Assembly: GCA_052390235.1 (NCBI GenBank)
Contig: JBQTHB010000006.1
Location: 96,001-160,000, forward strand
Length of the DNA: 64,000 bases
Reading direction: 5' to 3'
Origin: Deltaproteobacteria bacterium
GTDB lineage: Bacteria > Desulfobacterota_D > UBA1144 > Nemesobacterales > CSP1-2
Made by a program: the position numbers and the translations under genes. This document shows positions 19,376 to 29,202 of this stretch, piece by piece; within the stretch, counting starts at the first letter, position 1; each line of letters begins with the position of its first letter. The notes below the pieces were generated by a model. That model ran no database searches, had not been told where the DNA came from, and worked only from the letters and a program-made list of their open reading frames with translations.

Positions 19376-19476
19376 GGCGGGAATTACGGAATTCGAGCAT
19401 TAAGATTGATAATAATTCTATACTCGACGCTCCCTCGCGGGTAAATTGCGCTTACTCATGGCATAACGGTTGGCGG

Positions 19477-20520
19477 TCATCGAATGAGAACGCGCTCGGA
19501 TTTATCCGCCGCCGCTTTGACCTCGCCAATGACCCAAGCCTTCTCGCCGAGCTTTTTGAGAGCATCCAGCACGCCGCCCTCGTCCCCCTGGGATACGACT
19601 AAAACCATCCCGACGCCGCAGTTAAATGTCCTGTGCATCTCCCTCGGCTCGATTCTCCCGGAGTCTCGAATCAATTTCATTATCTCCGGCATCTCCCAAA
19701 GCGATGAATCCAGATGCGCCGAGCAGGTTTCGGGAATTACCCTTGGGATGTTATCAATCAGCCCGCCTCCGGTGATGTGGGCAAGGGCTTTGATTTCGTG
19801 GGATTTTATGAGCGATAGAACCGTCTTGACGTAAATTTTGGTCGGCTCAAGGAGCGACTCGCCGACGGAGCGGGAAAGCGCGGGGGGCGTGTCGGAGGGC
19901 TTCAGCCCAAGCCCGGCGAATATTACTTTCCGAGCAAGCGAGTAGCCGTTTGAATGTAGCCCGCTCGAGGCAATCCCGATGAACGTATCTCCGGGGGCAA
20001 CCTTCGAGCCGTCAATAATTTCGTCTCTGTCAACAATGCCGACGACAAAGCCGGCGAGGTCAAATTCCCCCCTCTTGTAGAACCCCGGCATCTCTGCGGT
20101 CTCCCCTCCGAGAAGGGCGCATCCCGCCTGACGGCAACCCTCAGCAATGCCCTTAATCACCTCTGCTCCCTCTTCGGGGTTGAGGCGAGAGGTAGCAAAA
20201 TAATCCAAGAAAAACAGAGGCTCCGCGCCGCAGGTTACCACATCGTTTACGTTCATCGCCACGAGGTCAATCCCCACGGTGTCGAGTTTGCCGGTCATAA
20301 AGGCGAGCTTTAGCTTCGTTCCAACGCCGTCAGTGGATGAGACGAGAATGGGATTTTTATAACGAGAGAGGGGAAGCGCGCACAGTCCGGCGAACCCCCC
20401 AATTTTGCCCACCACGTTCTCCGTATAAGTGGACTTGGCAAGCGGCTTTATAAGCTCTACAAAGCGGTTTCCGGCGTCAACATCAACGCCCGCGCTCTTA
20501 TATGTGGTTTTCTTCGGCAC
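19477..20520 (-). CDS. purM: Phosphoribosylformylglycinamidine cyclo-ligase
   Basis: TYKSAGVD, TDGVGTK, GAEPLFFLDY, GGETAEMPG, SSGLHSNG, HITGGG, TFNCGVG. GTG 20520 taken as start. Confidence 0.95.
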   Translation of the reverse strand: MPKKTTYKSAGVDVDAGNRFVELIKPLAKSTYTENVVGKIGGFAGLCALPLSRYKNPILVSSTDGVGTKLKLAFMTGKLDTVGIDLVAMNVNDVVTCGAEPLFFLDYFATSRLNPEEGAEVIKGIAEGCRQAGCALLGGETAEMPGFYKRGEFDLAGFVVGIVDRDEIIDGSKVAPGDTFIGIASSGLHSNGYSLARKVIFAGLGLKPSDTPPALSRSVGESLLEPTKIYVKTVLSLIKSHEIKALAHITGGGLIDNIPRVIPETCSAHLDSSLWEMPEIMKLIRDSGRIEPREMHRTFNCGVGMVLVVSQGDEGGVLDALKKLGEKAWVIGEVKAAADKSERVLIR

Positions 20521-20577
20521 GGGAGGGAAGAATACCAGACGGCGGTTTTTTGTCCACAGCCACTCAGGGATAATCAC

Positions 20578-20745
20578 CCCCTTCACCCTGAGCGGAGTCG
20601 AAGGGCTCATGTTACATACTTTTGTGATTTGTCATGCTCAAAAGAGTAATCGGGCATCCGTAGCTTTTGGTAAATACTGGATTCCCGCTCAATTTTGCGG
20701 GAATGACAGAGTCTTTTACAGACTGAGCGGAGTCAAAGGGCTGGG
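20578..20745. repeat. REP/REPIN-like palindrome cluster I
   Basis: CTGAGCGGAGTC(G/A)AAGGGCT at 20588 and 20723 flank an inverted pair TGTCAT...ATCC (20630-20659) / GGATTCCCGC...GCGGGAATGACA (20679-20708). Confidence 0.75.
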
Positions 20746-20812
20746 TCGCCGCTCGCCCCCGCATCGTGTATATCTCGGCCGGCGCATCATGTATCATGTA
20801 GCCCTAGCCAAT

Positions 20813-22048
20813 ATGACCGATAAAACCATCATTGCCGCCGCCATATTCGCCCTCACCTACGCCCTCATAACCGCGCAAAAGCTCCCCCTGGTGAAGCTCG
20901 ACCGCCCAGCCGCCGTGTCCATTGGGGCAATCTCGATGATTCTGGCCGGAATTCTCACCCTCGATGAAGCCTACGGGTCTATTGACATGGACACGATAGC
21001 GTTTCTTCTGGGGATGATGACGCTAATCGCCTATCTGGAACTGTCGGGTTTTTTTGAGCTTGTAGCGTCGTGGATTATAGCCGCATCGGGTAGCGCATCT
21101 AGGATGCTCCTTCTCGTTACGCTATCAAGCGGCTCTCTCTCGGCACTCTTTGTGAATGACACTGTATGCCTGCTCTTCACGCCGATAATCCTCTCGACGT
21201 GCAAATCCGTCGGGGTGAATCCGATACCGTTTCTCATAGCCGTCGCCACGGCGTCGAACATCGGAAGCGCCGCCACGATAACCGGCAATCCGCAGAATAT
21301 GTTTATCGGAGTGCGCTCGGGGATACCATTTCTCACGTTTCTTGGGCAGATGCTCCCCGTAAGCCTCGTCGGTCTCGCCGTCAACTACGGGGCGATTAAA
21401 TTATTCTACAGAGCCGACATGAGCCGCAAATTCACCACCCCGGCGCGGATAGAGAAGCCGCCCGTGAACCAAAGGCTCATGATAAAATCCCTTGCCGCGC
21501 TCATTTTGGTTTTCGCGCTTTTCATAACCGGGGCTTCATATCCCTTTGCCGCCCTCGTCGGAGGGGCGATAATTCTCGTAATCGGCGGAATCGAGCCGAA
21601 ACTCGCGTTTGAGAAGATAAATTGGACGCTACTGCTCTTTTTCGCCGGGCTTTTCGTTGTCATGGGCGGCGTGGAGAAGTCCGGCATTAGCGAGAGGCTG
21701 TTTGAGGCGTCCGCCCCGTATCTCAACCTCGATTCATGGCAGGGGGTTTTGAGCTTTGCCGCAGTTGCCATTGCGCTGTCGAATTTGGTGAGCAACGTCC
21801 CTGCGGTGATTCTATTTGCGCCTCATGTCGGCTCTTTTCCGAACCCGCAGGAGGTTTGGATGATTTTGGCTATGGCAAGCACGCTCGCGGGGAATTTTAC
21901 TATTGTCGGGTCTGTGGCGAATTTAATAGTGGCAGAGATTGCCAAGCAAGGCGGATATGTGCTGAGCTTTTGGGAATATTTTAAAATCGGAGCGCCGCTC
22001 ACGCTGATTACGATTTTAATTGGCTTAGCGTGGCTCGTCTGGCTATGA
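20813..22048 (+). CDS. ArsB/NhaD-superfamily anion transporter (YbiR/Lsi2-like)
   Basis: LDRPA, SALFVNDTVC, ASNIGSAATITGNPQN, LSNLVSNVPAV, STLAGNFTIVGSVANLIV. ATG 20813 preferred over the ORF-track start. Confidence 0.88.
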   Translation: MTDKTIIAAAIFALTYALITAQKLPLVKLDRPAAVSIGAISMILAGILTLDEAYGSIDMDTIAFLLGMMTLIAYLELSGFFELVASWIIAASGSASRMLLLVTLSSGSLSALFVNDTVCLLFTPIILSTCKSVGVNPIPFLIAVATASNIGSAATITGNPQNMFIGVRSGIPFLTFLGQMLPVSLVGLAVNYGAIKLFYRADMSRKFTTPARIEKPPVNQRLMIKSLAALILVFALFITGASYPFAALVGGAIILVIGGIEPKLAFEKINWTLLLFFAGLFVVMGGVEKSGISERLFEASAPYLNLDSWQGVLSFAAVAIALSNLVSNVPAVILFAPHVGSFPNPQEVWMILAMASTLAGNFTIVGSVANLIVAEIAKQGGYVLSFWEYFKIGAPLTLITILIGLAWLVWL

Positions 22049-22170
22049 CGCGCTATTGGAAATATGTGGGAAAGGAGGAATTTAACGCATGGGGAAAGTC
22101 AGGAGTCCATCAATAAGCCGCAGGGAGAGAGGGGTTTGCCCCACCCTCCCCCAACTAGTCAAAAAATTTG

Positions 22171-22833
22171 CTAATCCCCTACTAACTTTGCCGAATTTAC
22201 AACGATCGGCTCAACCGGCACATCTGCCATGGGGCCCACCCTGCCAGTCCTGACGCCCGCGATTTTATCCACAATGTCCATCCCCTCGACGACCCTGCCG
22301 AAGACGGCGTATCCAAAATCCCTGCCGCCGTTGTTGAGGAACGCGTTGTCCACGAGGTTTATGAAAAACTGAGAAGTCGCGCTGTCCACAACGTTCGTCC
22401 TAGCCATTGCGAGAGTGCCTCTGGTGTTGCCCACGCCGTTGTCAGCCTCGTTTTTTATCGGGGCTTTGGCGGGTTTTTGCTGCAGATCCGAGGTAAATCC
22501 CCCGCCCTGAACCATGAACCCCTTAATTACGCGGTGAAACACCGTGCCGTCGAAAAATCCCTCGTTCACGTAGGAGAGAAAATTTTTGACCGTTATCGGG
22601 GCTTTGTCCTCGAAAAGCTCGATTTTAATATCTCCCATCGAAGTTGACATCACTACCATCGGATTGCCTCCCTGTGCTGATTTATTTTCTTCACTGCCGC
22701 CGCTCTGACTCGTATCAGATTTAGCGGCTTCGGTCTGCGGCTTCTGCTCTCCCCTCTGGCAGGCAAAAACCGGCAGAAGTAGTGCCGCCGCCGCAATTAC
22801 AAATAATTTTGCAAACCTAGCCCTGTTCACCAA
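22171..22833 (-). CDS. Cyclophilin-type peptidyl-prolyl isomerase, lipoprotein
   Basis: Lipobox [50 protein letters not shown]. Confidence 0.93.
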   Translation of the reverse strand: MVNRARFAKLFVIAAAALLLPVFACQRGEQKPQTEAAKSDTSQSGGSEENKSAQGGNPMVVMSTSMGDIKIELFEDKAPITVKNFLSYVNEGFFDGTVFHRVIKGFMVQGGGFTSDLQQKPAKAPIKNEADNGVGNTRGTLAMARTNVVDSATSQFFINLVDNAFLNNGGRDFGYAVFGRVVEGMDIVDKIAGVRTGRVGPMADVPVEPIVVNSAKLVGD

Positions 22834-22981
22834 ATATTCCTCCTGAATTTAATCGAGCTTTTTAAATTATACGAATCAGGGCTGGGTGTCAAAGGTTGAT
22901 TCATCCGCCGATGCCTGTTACATTGACTTTCCAAGCCAAAGGGCGTAGGCGAATTTTCAAATTACAAGCGAGGGGTAACCC

Positions 22982-23914
22982 ATGAGCAATATGAACTTCG
23001 GAGTGGTGCTGAGGCAGGAAAAAATTGATTTCAACCCCATACGCGATACCGCGATGCTCTGCGACGAGCTTGGGTTTCACTCGGCGTGGTTCTACGACCA
23101 TCTCGTGGGGATGGGCGAGCCGGATTCCGACATTTTTGAATCATGGACTCTGATGTCCGCCCTCGCAACGGCAACCTCCCGTATCCGGCTCGGAACACTC
23201 GTGCTTTGCAATTCATTTAGAAATCCCGCTCTGCTTGCCAAAATGGCGGCGACCCTCGATAACATAAGCGCAGGGCGGCTTGAATTTGCCATCGGCGCAG
23301 GATGGCACGAGGGGGAGTACCGAGCCTACGGGTACAACTTCGGCGGGGCGCAGGAGAGAATTGAGCGGCTTCGGGAATCAGTCCAAATAATAAGAAAAAT
23401 GTGGACAGAGGAGCGGGCGACATTTCACGGGAAATACTACAAAATTGAGGACGCCCCCTGCAACCCGAAGCCCGCGCAAAAGCCGCATCCGCGCATCATC
23501 ATCGGAGGCTCAGGGGAGAGATACCTCCTCAGAGTCGCGGCAGAACTCGCAGATGAGTGGAACTGTCCGGCTTCGAACGCATGGGAGTTCGATAGGAAAA
23601 TCGAAGCCCTGAGGCGGCATTGCGGGGATGTCGGCAGAGACCCGGGCGAGATTGCAATTTCCGAGCAAACCGTGTGCGTCATCGCCGAAACTGCGGCGGA
23701 GCTAGAGGACAAACTCCCGAAAGCAAAAAAACGCTACGGATTTTTCGGCGACATAGAAAAAACCGGAATCGTCGGACTGCCCGAGGACTGCATCGCTAAA
23801 ATCCAGCGCAAGGCGGACCGGGGCGTAGGCAAACTCACCATATTTTTCTCGGATGTTATGAAACCCGAAAGCCTCAGATTCTTCGCCAAAGAGGTGATGC
23901 CGCATTTCAAATAA
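22982..23914 (+). CDS. LLM-class flavin (possibly F420)-dependent oxidoreductase
   Basis: WFYDHL, ESWTLMSALA, FRNPALLAKMAATLD, GRLEFAIGAGW, IIIGGSGE. Confidence 0.88.
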   Translation: MSNMNFGVVLRQEKIDFNPIRDTAMLCDELGFHSAWFYDHLVGMGEPDSDIFESWTLMSALATATSRIRLGTLVLCNSFRNPALLAKMAATLDNISAGRLEFAIGAGWHEGEYRAYGYNFGGAQERIERLRESVQIIRKMWTEERATFHGKYYKIEDAPCNPKPAQKPHPRIIIGGSGERYLLRVAAELADEWNCPASNAWEFDRKIEALRRHCGDVGRDPGEIAISEQTVCVIAETAAELEDKLPKAKKRYGFFGDIEKTGIVGLPEDCIAKIQRKADRGVGKLTIFFSDVMKPESLRFFAKEVMPHFK

Positions 23915-24010
23915 CTCGATGCGCCGCATAGTTTGACGTGTCCAATGAGGCGTCTCCTCTCTCCATCATCATCCTTTGGCTTCCCCCAATGGAGGAAACG
24001 GGGCTAGTTG

Positions 24011-24547
24011 TGTCATTCTCACGAAAGTGGGAATCTATAGCTCGCCCTTCGACTCCGCTCCCCCCCACGTGTCATTTCGATGGAGCGTTAGCGATTGAGA
24101 AATCTTAAATAAGATTCCTCTCTGCTTTCGGAATGACAGGGCTGAGGCTTGTGGGAATTACAGAAGTGAGGCTTTCGGTTGGATTCGCGCTCTGATTACC
24201 TGCGGGAATGACAGAAGCGAGAGATAGGCGCTTAATACCGAGCGATAGCCTCGTATGTCATTCTCACGAAAGTGGGAATCCATAGCTTGACCAATCTCCC
24301 TTCGACGTAGTTTATGCTGAGCTAGTCGAACTACTCAGGGTGAAGAGGAATAGATTCCCGCTCAGATGACTTGCGGGAATGACACCGTTGTTGCAACCTC
24401 GCCCCTTCCTGTAATTTTGCCTCTTCGCCCCTGTCATTTCGATGGAGCGTTAACGACTGAGAAATCTTAAATAAGATTCCTCTCTGCTTTCGGAATGACA
24501 GGGCTGAGGCTTGCGGGAATTACAGAAGTGAGATGTTCGCAATGACA
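24011..24547. repeat. Nested REP/REPIN-like palindrome cluster II
   Basis: 25-bp TGTCATTCTCACGAAAGTGGGAATC at 24011 and 24256; 101-bp direct repeat at 24070-24170 and 24432-24532 (3 mismatches); GATTC..GCGGGAATGACA at 24182 and 24353; CCCTTCGAC units at 24045 and 24298. Confidence 0.88.
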
Positions 24548-24658
24548 ACAACTGAGAGATAGGGGCGCAATCAAAGCGAGCTAGCGATAACCCCCTGCGC
24601 ATTGCCGCTTCCCGCGCCGTCCTTATCAGCAAATTCATTTATCGGGTACACTAATTTT

Positions 24659-25360
24659 ATGCGGAGTTTCAATATTGACCTCAGAGACGCGGCGAATCTC
24701 GAGAACTTCTCGGGGCTTGTGCCGCTCTTCCCCCTTGCAACCGTGGTTTTTTTTCCGAATACGCTCCTTCCCCTCCACGTGTTCGAGGCGAGATACAGGC
24801 AGATGGTGCGCGACGCCATGCAGGCCGAGCGCATAGTGGGGATGATACTGCTCAAGCCCGGATGGGAGAAGGGCTATCAGGGGAATCCCGAAATATTCAG
24901 CGTCGGGTGCATGGGGAGAATCGTGAGCCACGAAGAGCTTCCAGACGGCAGGTTCAACATCGTCCTGTTCGGGCTAAAGAGGGTAAAAATCCTCGAAATT
25001 ATAAAAGAAACCCCCTACAGGCTCGCCCGCGTAGAGATTATGGAGGACATTCGCGGAAGCAATGAAAACCTCTATAGCCTCCACATCGCCGAGACGATTT
25101 CTAGGTGGAACTCGATGCTCGGCAAATCCGAGGAATCGCATAAAATAACGCTCGACCCAAGGCTTGCGCTTCAGAACATAACCGACGCCTACGCCTCAGC
25201 GATTGTCTCAAATACCTTCGAGAAGCAGGAACTCCTCGAAGAGCCCAGCGTTGAGAAGAGGGCAGAGAAAATCATCGCCAATCTGGAGACGAGGATTAAA
25301 ATCGTGTCCATGACATCCGAGAGACGAAGCCAAATTGTTGACAAGAAGAATCTAAACTAA
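24659..25360 (+). CDS. LON peptidase substrate-binding (N-terminal) domain protein
   Basis: VPLFPL..VVFFP..LPLHVFEARY, VGCMGRI, DGRFNIVL; no ATPase or protease domain. ATG 24659. Confidence 0.88.
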   Translation: MRSFNIDLRDAANLENFSGLVPLFPLATVVFFPNTLLPLHVFEARYRQMVRDAMQAERIVGMILLKPGWEKGYQGNPEIFSVGCMGRIVSHEELPDGRFNIVLFGLKRVKILEIIKETPYRLARVEIMEDIRGSNENLYSLHIAETISRWNSMLGKSEESHKITLDPRLALQNITDAYASAIVSNTFEKQELLEEPSVEKRAEKIIANLETRIKIVSMTSERRSQIVDKKNLN

Positions 25361-25461
25361 ACGCGATATTGGGCGTAAATAGCGCCCAGCCCCACATATC
25401 TCCTCTCCAGCGGAAAGCCCGCCGCCCGTCCTGAGCCTGCCTACGAATGTCATTTCGAGCC

Positions 25462-26250
25462 TTATCCGAGCAGGAAATCAAGCACGGCTCGGTCAACTTC
25501 CTCCTGACGCTCCCGCCAGAAGCCGTGTCCCGCGCCCTCAAACACCTTTAGCGTTGAACCTGGTATCAGCTTGGCAAGCTCAAGCGAGCGCGCCGGAGAT
25601 GCGATAATGTCGCGGTCTGCGAGCATTACGAGGGTTTTTGCTTTAATCCCTCCCACCAAGTGGCAGATGTTGTGCCCCTCGCAGGCGTGGGACTGCCTCA
25701 GATACCCATGCGCCGCCGACGGGTCTTCGGAAATCATCGCCATTGTCTGCTGAATTGTGCTGAGGTTCTTCTCGATGTACTCCCTTGAATAGCCGAGGAA
25801 TAGCGCCACCATCCACATTGCCCTAGAGCCTGCTTTCGAGGCAATTTCCCGTCCCTGCCGCAGGATTTCGTTGCCGACCTCATCCCTTGAGGCGGACGTG
25901 CAGGCAAGCACGAGTTTACGCACCTTTTCAGGATATTTCACCGCGAGCCACTGAGCTATCATCCCGCCCATGGATTTGCCCAGCACATGAGCGCGGTCTA
26001 TGCCAAGGGCGTCCATCAGCGCCGCCGCATCGTCAGCCATGAGTTCCGTTGTGTAGGGAACGTCGGGCTTATCAGACCTTCCCATGCCGCGGTTGTCGAA
26101 GGCTAATACTCGGAAATACTCCGAATAAATCGGCATCTGCGCCGCCCAGCTCGATAGCTGACTTCCCAGCCCCCCGATGAGGACTGCCGGCTCGCCGCTC
26201 CCATGAGCCTCGTAATAGATATTGATTCCGTTGGCTTTAGCGTATGGCAT
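25462..26250 (-). CDS. Alpha/beta hydrolase
   Basis: FDNRGMGRS, nucleophile elbow GKSMGG, Asp (DRDII) and His (GAGHG). Confidence 0.9.
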   Translation of the reverse strand: MPYAKANGINIYYEAHGSGEPAVLIGGLGSQLSSWAAQMPIYSEYFRVLAFDNRGMGRSDKPDVPYTTELMADDAAALMDALGIDRAHVLGKSMGGMIAQWLAVKYPEKVRKLVLACTSASRDEVGNEILRQGREIASKAGSRAMWMVALFLGYSREYIEKNLSTIQQTMAMISEDPSAAHGYLRQSHACEGHNICHLVGGIKAKTLVMLADRDIIASPARSLELAKLIPGSTLKVFEGAGHGFWRERQEEVDRAVLDFLLG

Positions 26251-26304
26251 ATTGGTTTAAATGCGGTAATGACAGCGCCCCTCTATCTCGCGCCGCGTCG
26301 TGAA

Positions 26305-26754
26305 TTACCCCTCCTCGCTTGAATTAGGCCGAAGCCCCAAATCCTGCCTGATGGTCTCGATATAGCCCTCCAGGATAAACGCCGCCGCGATTTTATCAAT
26401 TACTTTTTTGCGCTTCTTCCGGCTCAAATCGGCTTCCAGGAGCAGGGATTCGGCTCTTTTCGTGGTAAAGCTCTCGTCCCACGGCAGAACGGGAATTCCA
26501 AAGGCGCCCTTTATCTTATCCGAGAATTTGATTATCTCCTCGCCGCGCGCGCCAACGGAGCCGTCGTGCCTGTAGGGAATGCCGACTATGATTCGAGCCG
26601 GTTTATATTCGCCTATGAGTTTCCTCAGCGCTTCAATGTCCCGCTTGAGGTCGAGCCTTTTTATAGTTGTAACCCCGTGGGCGGCGATGAGAAGCTCGTC
26701 GCTTACGGCAACTCCAATGGTCTTTGTGCCCACGTCGAGGGCTAGGATTCGCAT
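26305..26754 (-). CDS. ruvX: Holliday junction resolvase-like / pre-16S rRNA nuclease YqgF
   Basis: ILALDVGTKTIGVAVSD, WDESFTT, IDKIAAAFIL. Confidence 0.93.
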   Translation of the reverse strand: MRILALDVGTKTIGVAVSDELLIAAHGVTTIKRLDLKRDIEALRKLIGEYKPARIIVGIPYRHDGSVGARGEEIIKFSDKIKGAFGIPVLPWDESFTTKRAESLLLEADLSRKKRKKVIDKIAAAFILEGYIETIRQDLGLRPNSSEEG

Positions 26755-26831
26755 TGATTTATAAGCTCAATTGTGTTGCTGGGACTAGGGCTTGCCGCCA
26801 TTGCCGAGCGGGACTGCCTTATCCCCACAGT

Positions 26832-28520
26832 TCACCACGAGCCGCCGCCGCCGCCGCCAAACCCGCCGCCGCTTCTGCCGCCGCTAGACCCGCTTCCGCC
26901 GCTTCGAGACTTGCTCGGCGAAGAGGACAGAGTCCTATTTATCGCGCCGAGGCTTCTGCCTATATCCGAGGCAAACGCGCTTGAGGAGAAGGAATTCCCA
27001 TAGCGGCTGGATGAGAACCACGACGGAGGGGTTTTGTATATATCGGCAAACGCCCCCGCCCATTTTTCCTCTAATTCAAACACGAGAGCAAACGGAAGAA
27101 CGCGGCCAAAGAGGGTTGGGTCGTCTTTGGCGAGCCGCTCGATGCGGTCGTGTTCAGCGCGCTCGATGAACTCTCTGAAGCCGAGGAGCTGGGCTTTGAG
27201 GAGAGAGCCTTTTTTTGTTTTCTTCGGCATGAACCTGGAGAATATCGAAATTATTCCGCCTGAGACGCAAATGGCGATTTTAATCGGTATATCAAACGGG
27301 ATGAGAAACCCCAATACGGCAACTACAGCGCCTATCCCGATGAAAAGGCCCCTGATTTTATCGGGATTCACGGGGAAATAGCCGCCCCTTATCATCTCCC
27401 CATAGAGCATCTGCTCTATCCCCGGAAGGCGCGTGTAGAACTTATTCTTGAGTTCTGAAATCATGATTTGGTTCTTTGCGCTGAATAAACCGGAGAGAAT
27501 TTCCCGCTCATGCGCCTTGAGTCCCCCTGCGTCGGATTTGTGCCTCGTGAGGCGATAATCCGTATTAGAGAAGAAATATAGAACCCTCTCGCTCTGAATC
27601 TCCTCAATTGTTAAATACCCCCTCACGGCAAGGTCAATTATCGTAGAGGTGATGTCCAGAATATTCGCGGTTTCATCCAGTAGCGTTCCAGCTTCGGCGG
27701 GGGTAATCCCCTGTGGAGGCTCGTATTGTACCGGAATAACCCCTCCACTAGACTCAGGGTCTCGCCCCATCCCGAGCCACAGGAGACACAGAGCGGCGAG
27801 AGTGAGCGCGGGAAGCCCGAAGTGCCAGTTGTCGGCAATAAACCACACCGCTTTTTGAATCCCCGACGGCTCGGCGAGAACCCCCTTCGGAAGCAGGACG
27901 ACTATCGTGAGCCCCTCGTTCGGGAGAAACTGTCTATCGGCGACAAACTCTATGACGTTCGGTGTAATGTTGTAGGAGCAATTCTCATCCGCCGACCCCT
28001 CGTATCCGGTGTAGCACTTAGCCTTGATTTGGGATGACGGCATCCCGCCCTCCAAATATACCTTCGCGCTCACTCGCCCCATCGGCACCTGCCATCCGTT
28101 TCCAGTAACGTTCCAGTAAAGCTCGTCGTGGTCTTTGAAAAAAACTATCGCCCGCTCGACTTTATAGTCAATTTTATAGCCGTGAGCGCCGGTTATCTGA
28201 ATGTCGGCATCCCCGATTTTAATGAACACTTCCGCGCCTTGCCGGCTGACCTCGTATTTATAGGGCGCTGCCTCGAAATCCGAGACCACGCTGACCCTCA
28301 TCCTCAGATGGTAGTTCTCGTAGCCGATTTTATATTTGTAGGGGATGGTTCTGAATATTCCGTGCTTGAGTTCTCGCCCGAAATCGTAGGCGATTTTCTC
28401 CTCGACGGCGATTGACGAGTCCCTGCCGATAAAAATCTCGGCGGCGAAATCGCGTATCTCTTCGGCTGATGCGGCGGCGGCGGTCAATAGGACGGTTATC
28501 AGTGCGAGAATTATTCTCAT
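26832..28520 (-). CDS. DUF2207-family membrane protein
   Basis: Signal peptide, HGIFRTIP, DELYWNVTG, TIIDLAVRGY, Gly/Ser tail GGGFGGGGGGSW; immediately downstream of lemA. ATG 28520. Confidence 0.85.
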   Translation of the reverse strand: MRIILALITVLLTAAAASAEEIRDFAAEIFIGRDSSIAVEEKIAYDFGRELKHGIFRTIPYKYKIGYENYHLRMRVSVVSDFEAAPYKYEVSRQGAEVFIKIGDADIQITGAHGYKIDYKVERAIVFFKDHDELYWNVTGNGWQVPMGRVSAKVYLEGGMPSSQIKAKCYTGYEGSADENCSYNITPNVIEFVADRQFLPNEGLTIVVLLPKGVLAEPSGIQKAVWFIADNWHFGLPALTLAALCLLWLGMGRDPESSGGVIPVQYEPPQGITPAEAGTLLDETANILDITSTIIDLAVRGYLTIEEIQSERVLYFFSNTDYRLTRHKSDAGGLKAHEREILSGLFSAKNQIMISELKNKFYTRLPGIEQMLYGEMIRGGYFPVNPDKIRGLFIGIGAVVAVLGFLIPFDIPIKIAICVSGGIISIFSRFMPKKTKKGSLLKAQLLGFREFIERAEHDRIERLAKDDPTLFGRVLPFALVFELEEKWAGAFADIYKTPPSWFSSSRYGNSFSSSAFASDIGRSLGAINRTLSSSPSKSRSGGSGSSGGRSGGGFGGGGGGSW

Positions 28521-28536
28521 GACGGACTTCGATGCC

Positions 28537-29091
28537 TTAATTGAATATAACCTTCGGGGGGCGGCGCTCCTCGTCGGATTCAAGCTCGAAATACTCCCTT
28601 TTTTGAAATGCGAACATATTCGCTACTATGTTGCTCGGCACGGACTCGATTTTCGTGTTTAAATCCCTCACCACGGCGTTGTAGTAGCGGCGCGAGAGTT
28701 GAACCTGATCCTCGATTGCCGAAAGTTCGCTCTGGAGTTGCTTAAAATTCTCATTTGCCTTGAGGTCGGGGTAAGCCTCGGCTAGGGCAAACAGGCTCTT
28801 TAAAGTCGACTGAAGCATCCCCTCGGCTAGGGCTTTATTGGCAGGCGATGTTGCCCCGATGGCGGCGTTTCGGGCTTGCACCACCTTCTCAAATGTGCTT
28901 TGCTCGTGCGAGGCATAGCCCTTTACGGTCTCAACTAGGTTCGGCACGAGGTCGTATCTGCGCTTGAGCTGAATGTCAATGTCCGACCAAGCCTGCTCGG
29001 CGATGTTCTTGAGTTTTACAAGAGAATTATATATGCCTACCAGAAGCATCGCCGCCGCCGCGACAATTGCCAGAAATATCAAAAAGGACAT
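28537..29091 (-). CDS. lemA: LemA family protein
   Basis: WSDIDIQLKRRYDLVPNLVETVKGYASHE, EAYPDLKANENF, RRYYN. Confidence 0.94.
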   Translation of the reverse strand: MSFLIFLAIVAAAAMLLVGIYNSLVKLKNIAEQAWSDIDIQLKRRYDLVPNLVETVKGYASHEQSTFEKVVQARNAAIGATSPANKALAEGMLQSTLKSLFALAEAYPDLKANENFKQLQSELSAIEDQVQLSRRYYNAVVRDLNTKIESVPSNIVANMFAFQKREYFELESDEERRPPKVIFN

Positions 29092-29202
29092 CGCTACGCC
29101 CCCTTTTCCGCGGGATTTGTTCCTAATTATCGTTTAGAGCAGACAGTAAGTCAACGAGAGCAAGAGCCTTCGGGCAAATTAGATTCAACGCGCCCGCGCA
29201 AT

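Noticed and set aside
20521..20610. N-terminal extension of purM
   Set aside because: Begins inside a repeat unit; PurM similarity and an extended -10 point to GTG 20520.
20429..20812. 128-aa N-terminal extension of the anion transporter in the ORF track
   Set aside because: Overlaps purM on the other strand and runs through the repeat cluster; family similarity begins at ATG 20813.
24011..24547. CRISPR array interpretation of the repeat cluster
   Set aside because: Several repeat families in both orientations, irregular spacing, no unique equal-length spacers and no cas genes.
26773..27003. Poly-proline ORF
   Set aside because: Reverse complement of the Gly-rich DUF2207 tail.
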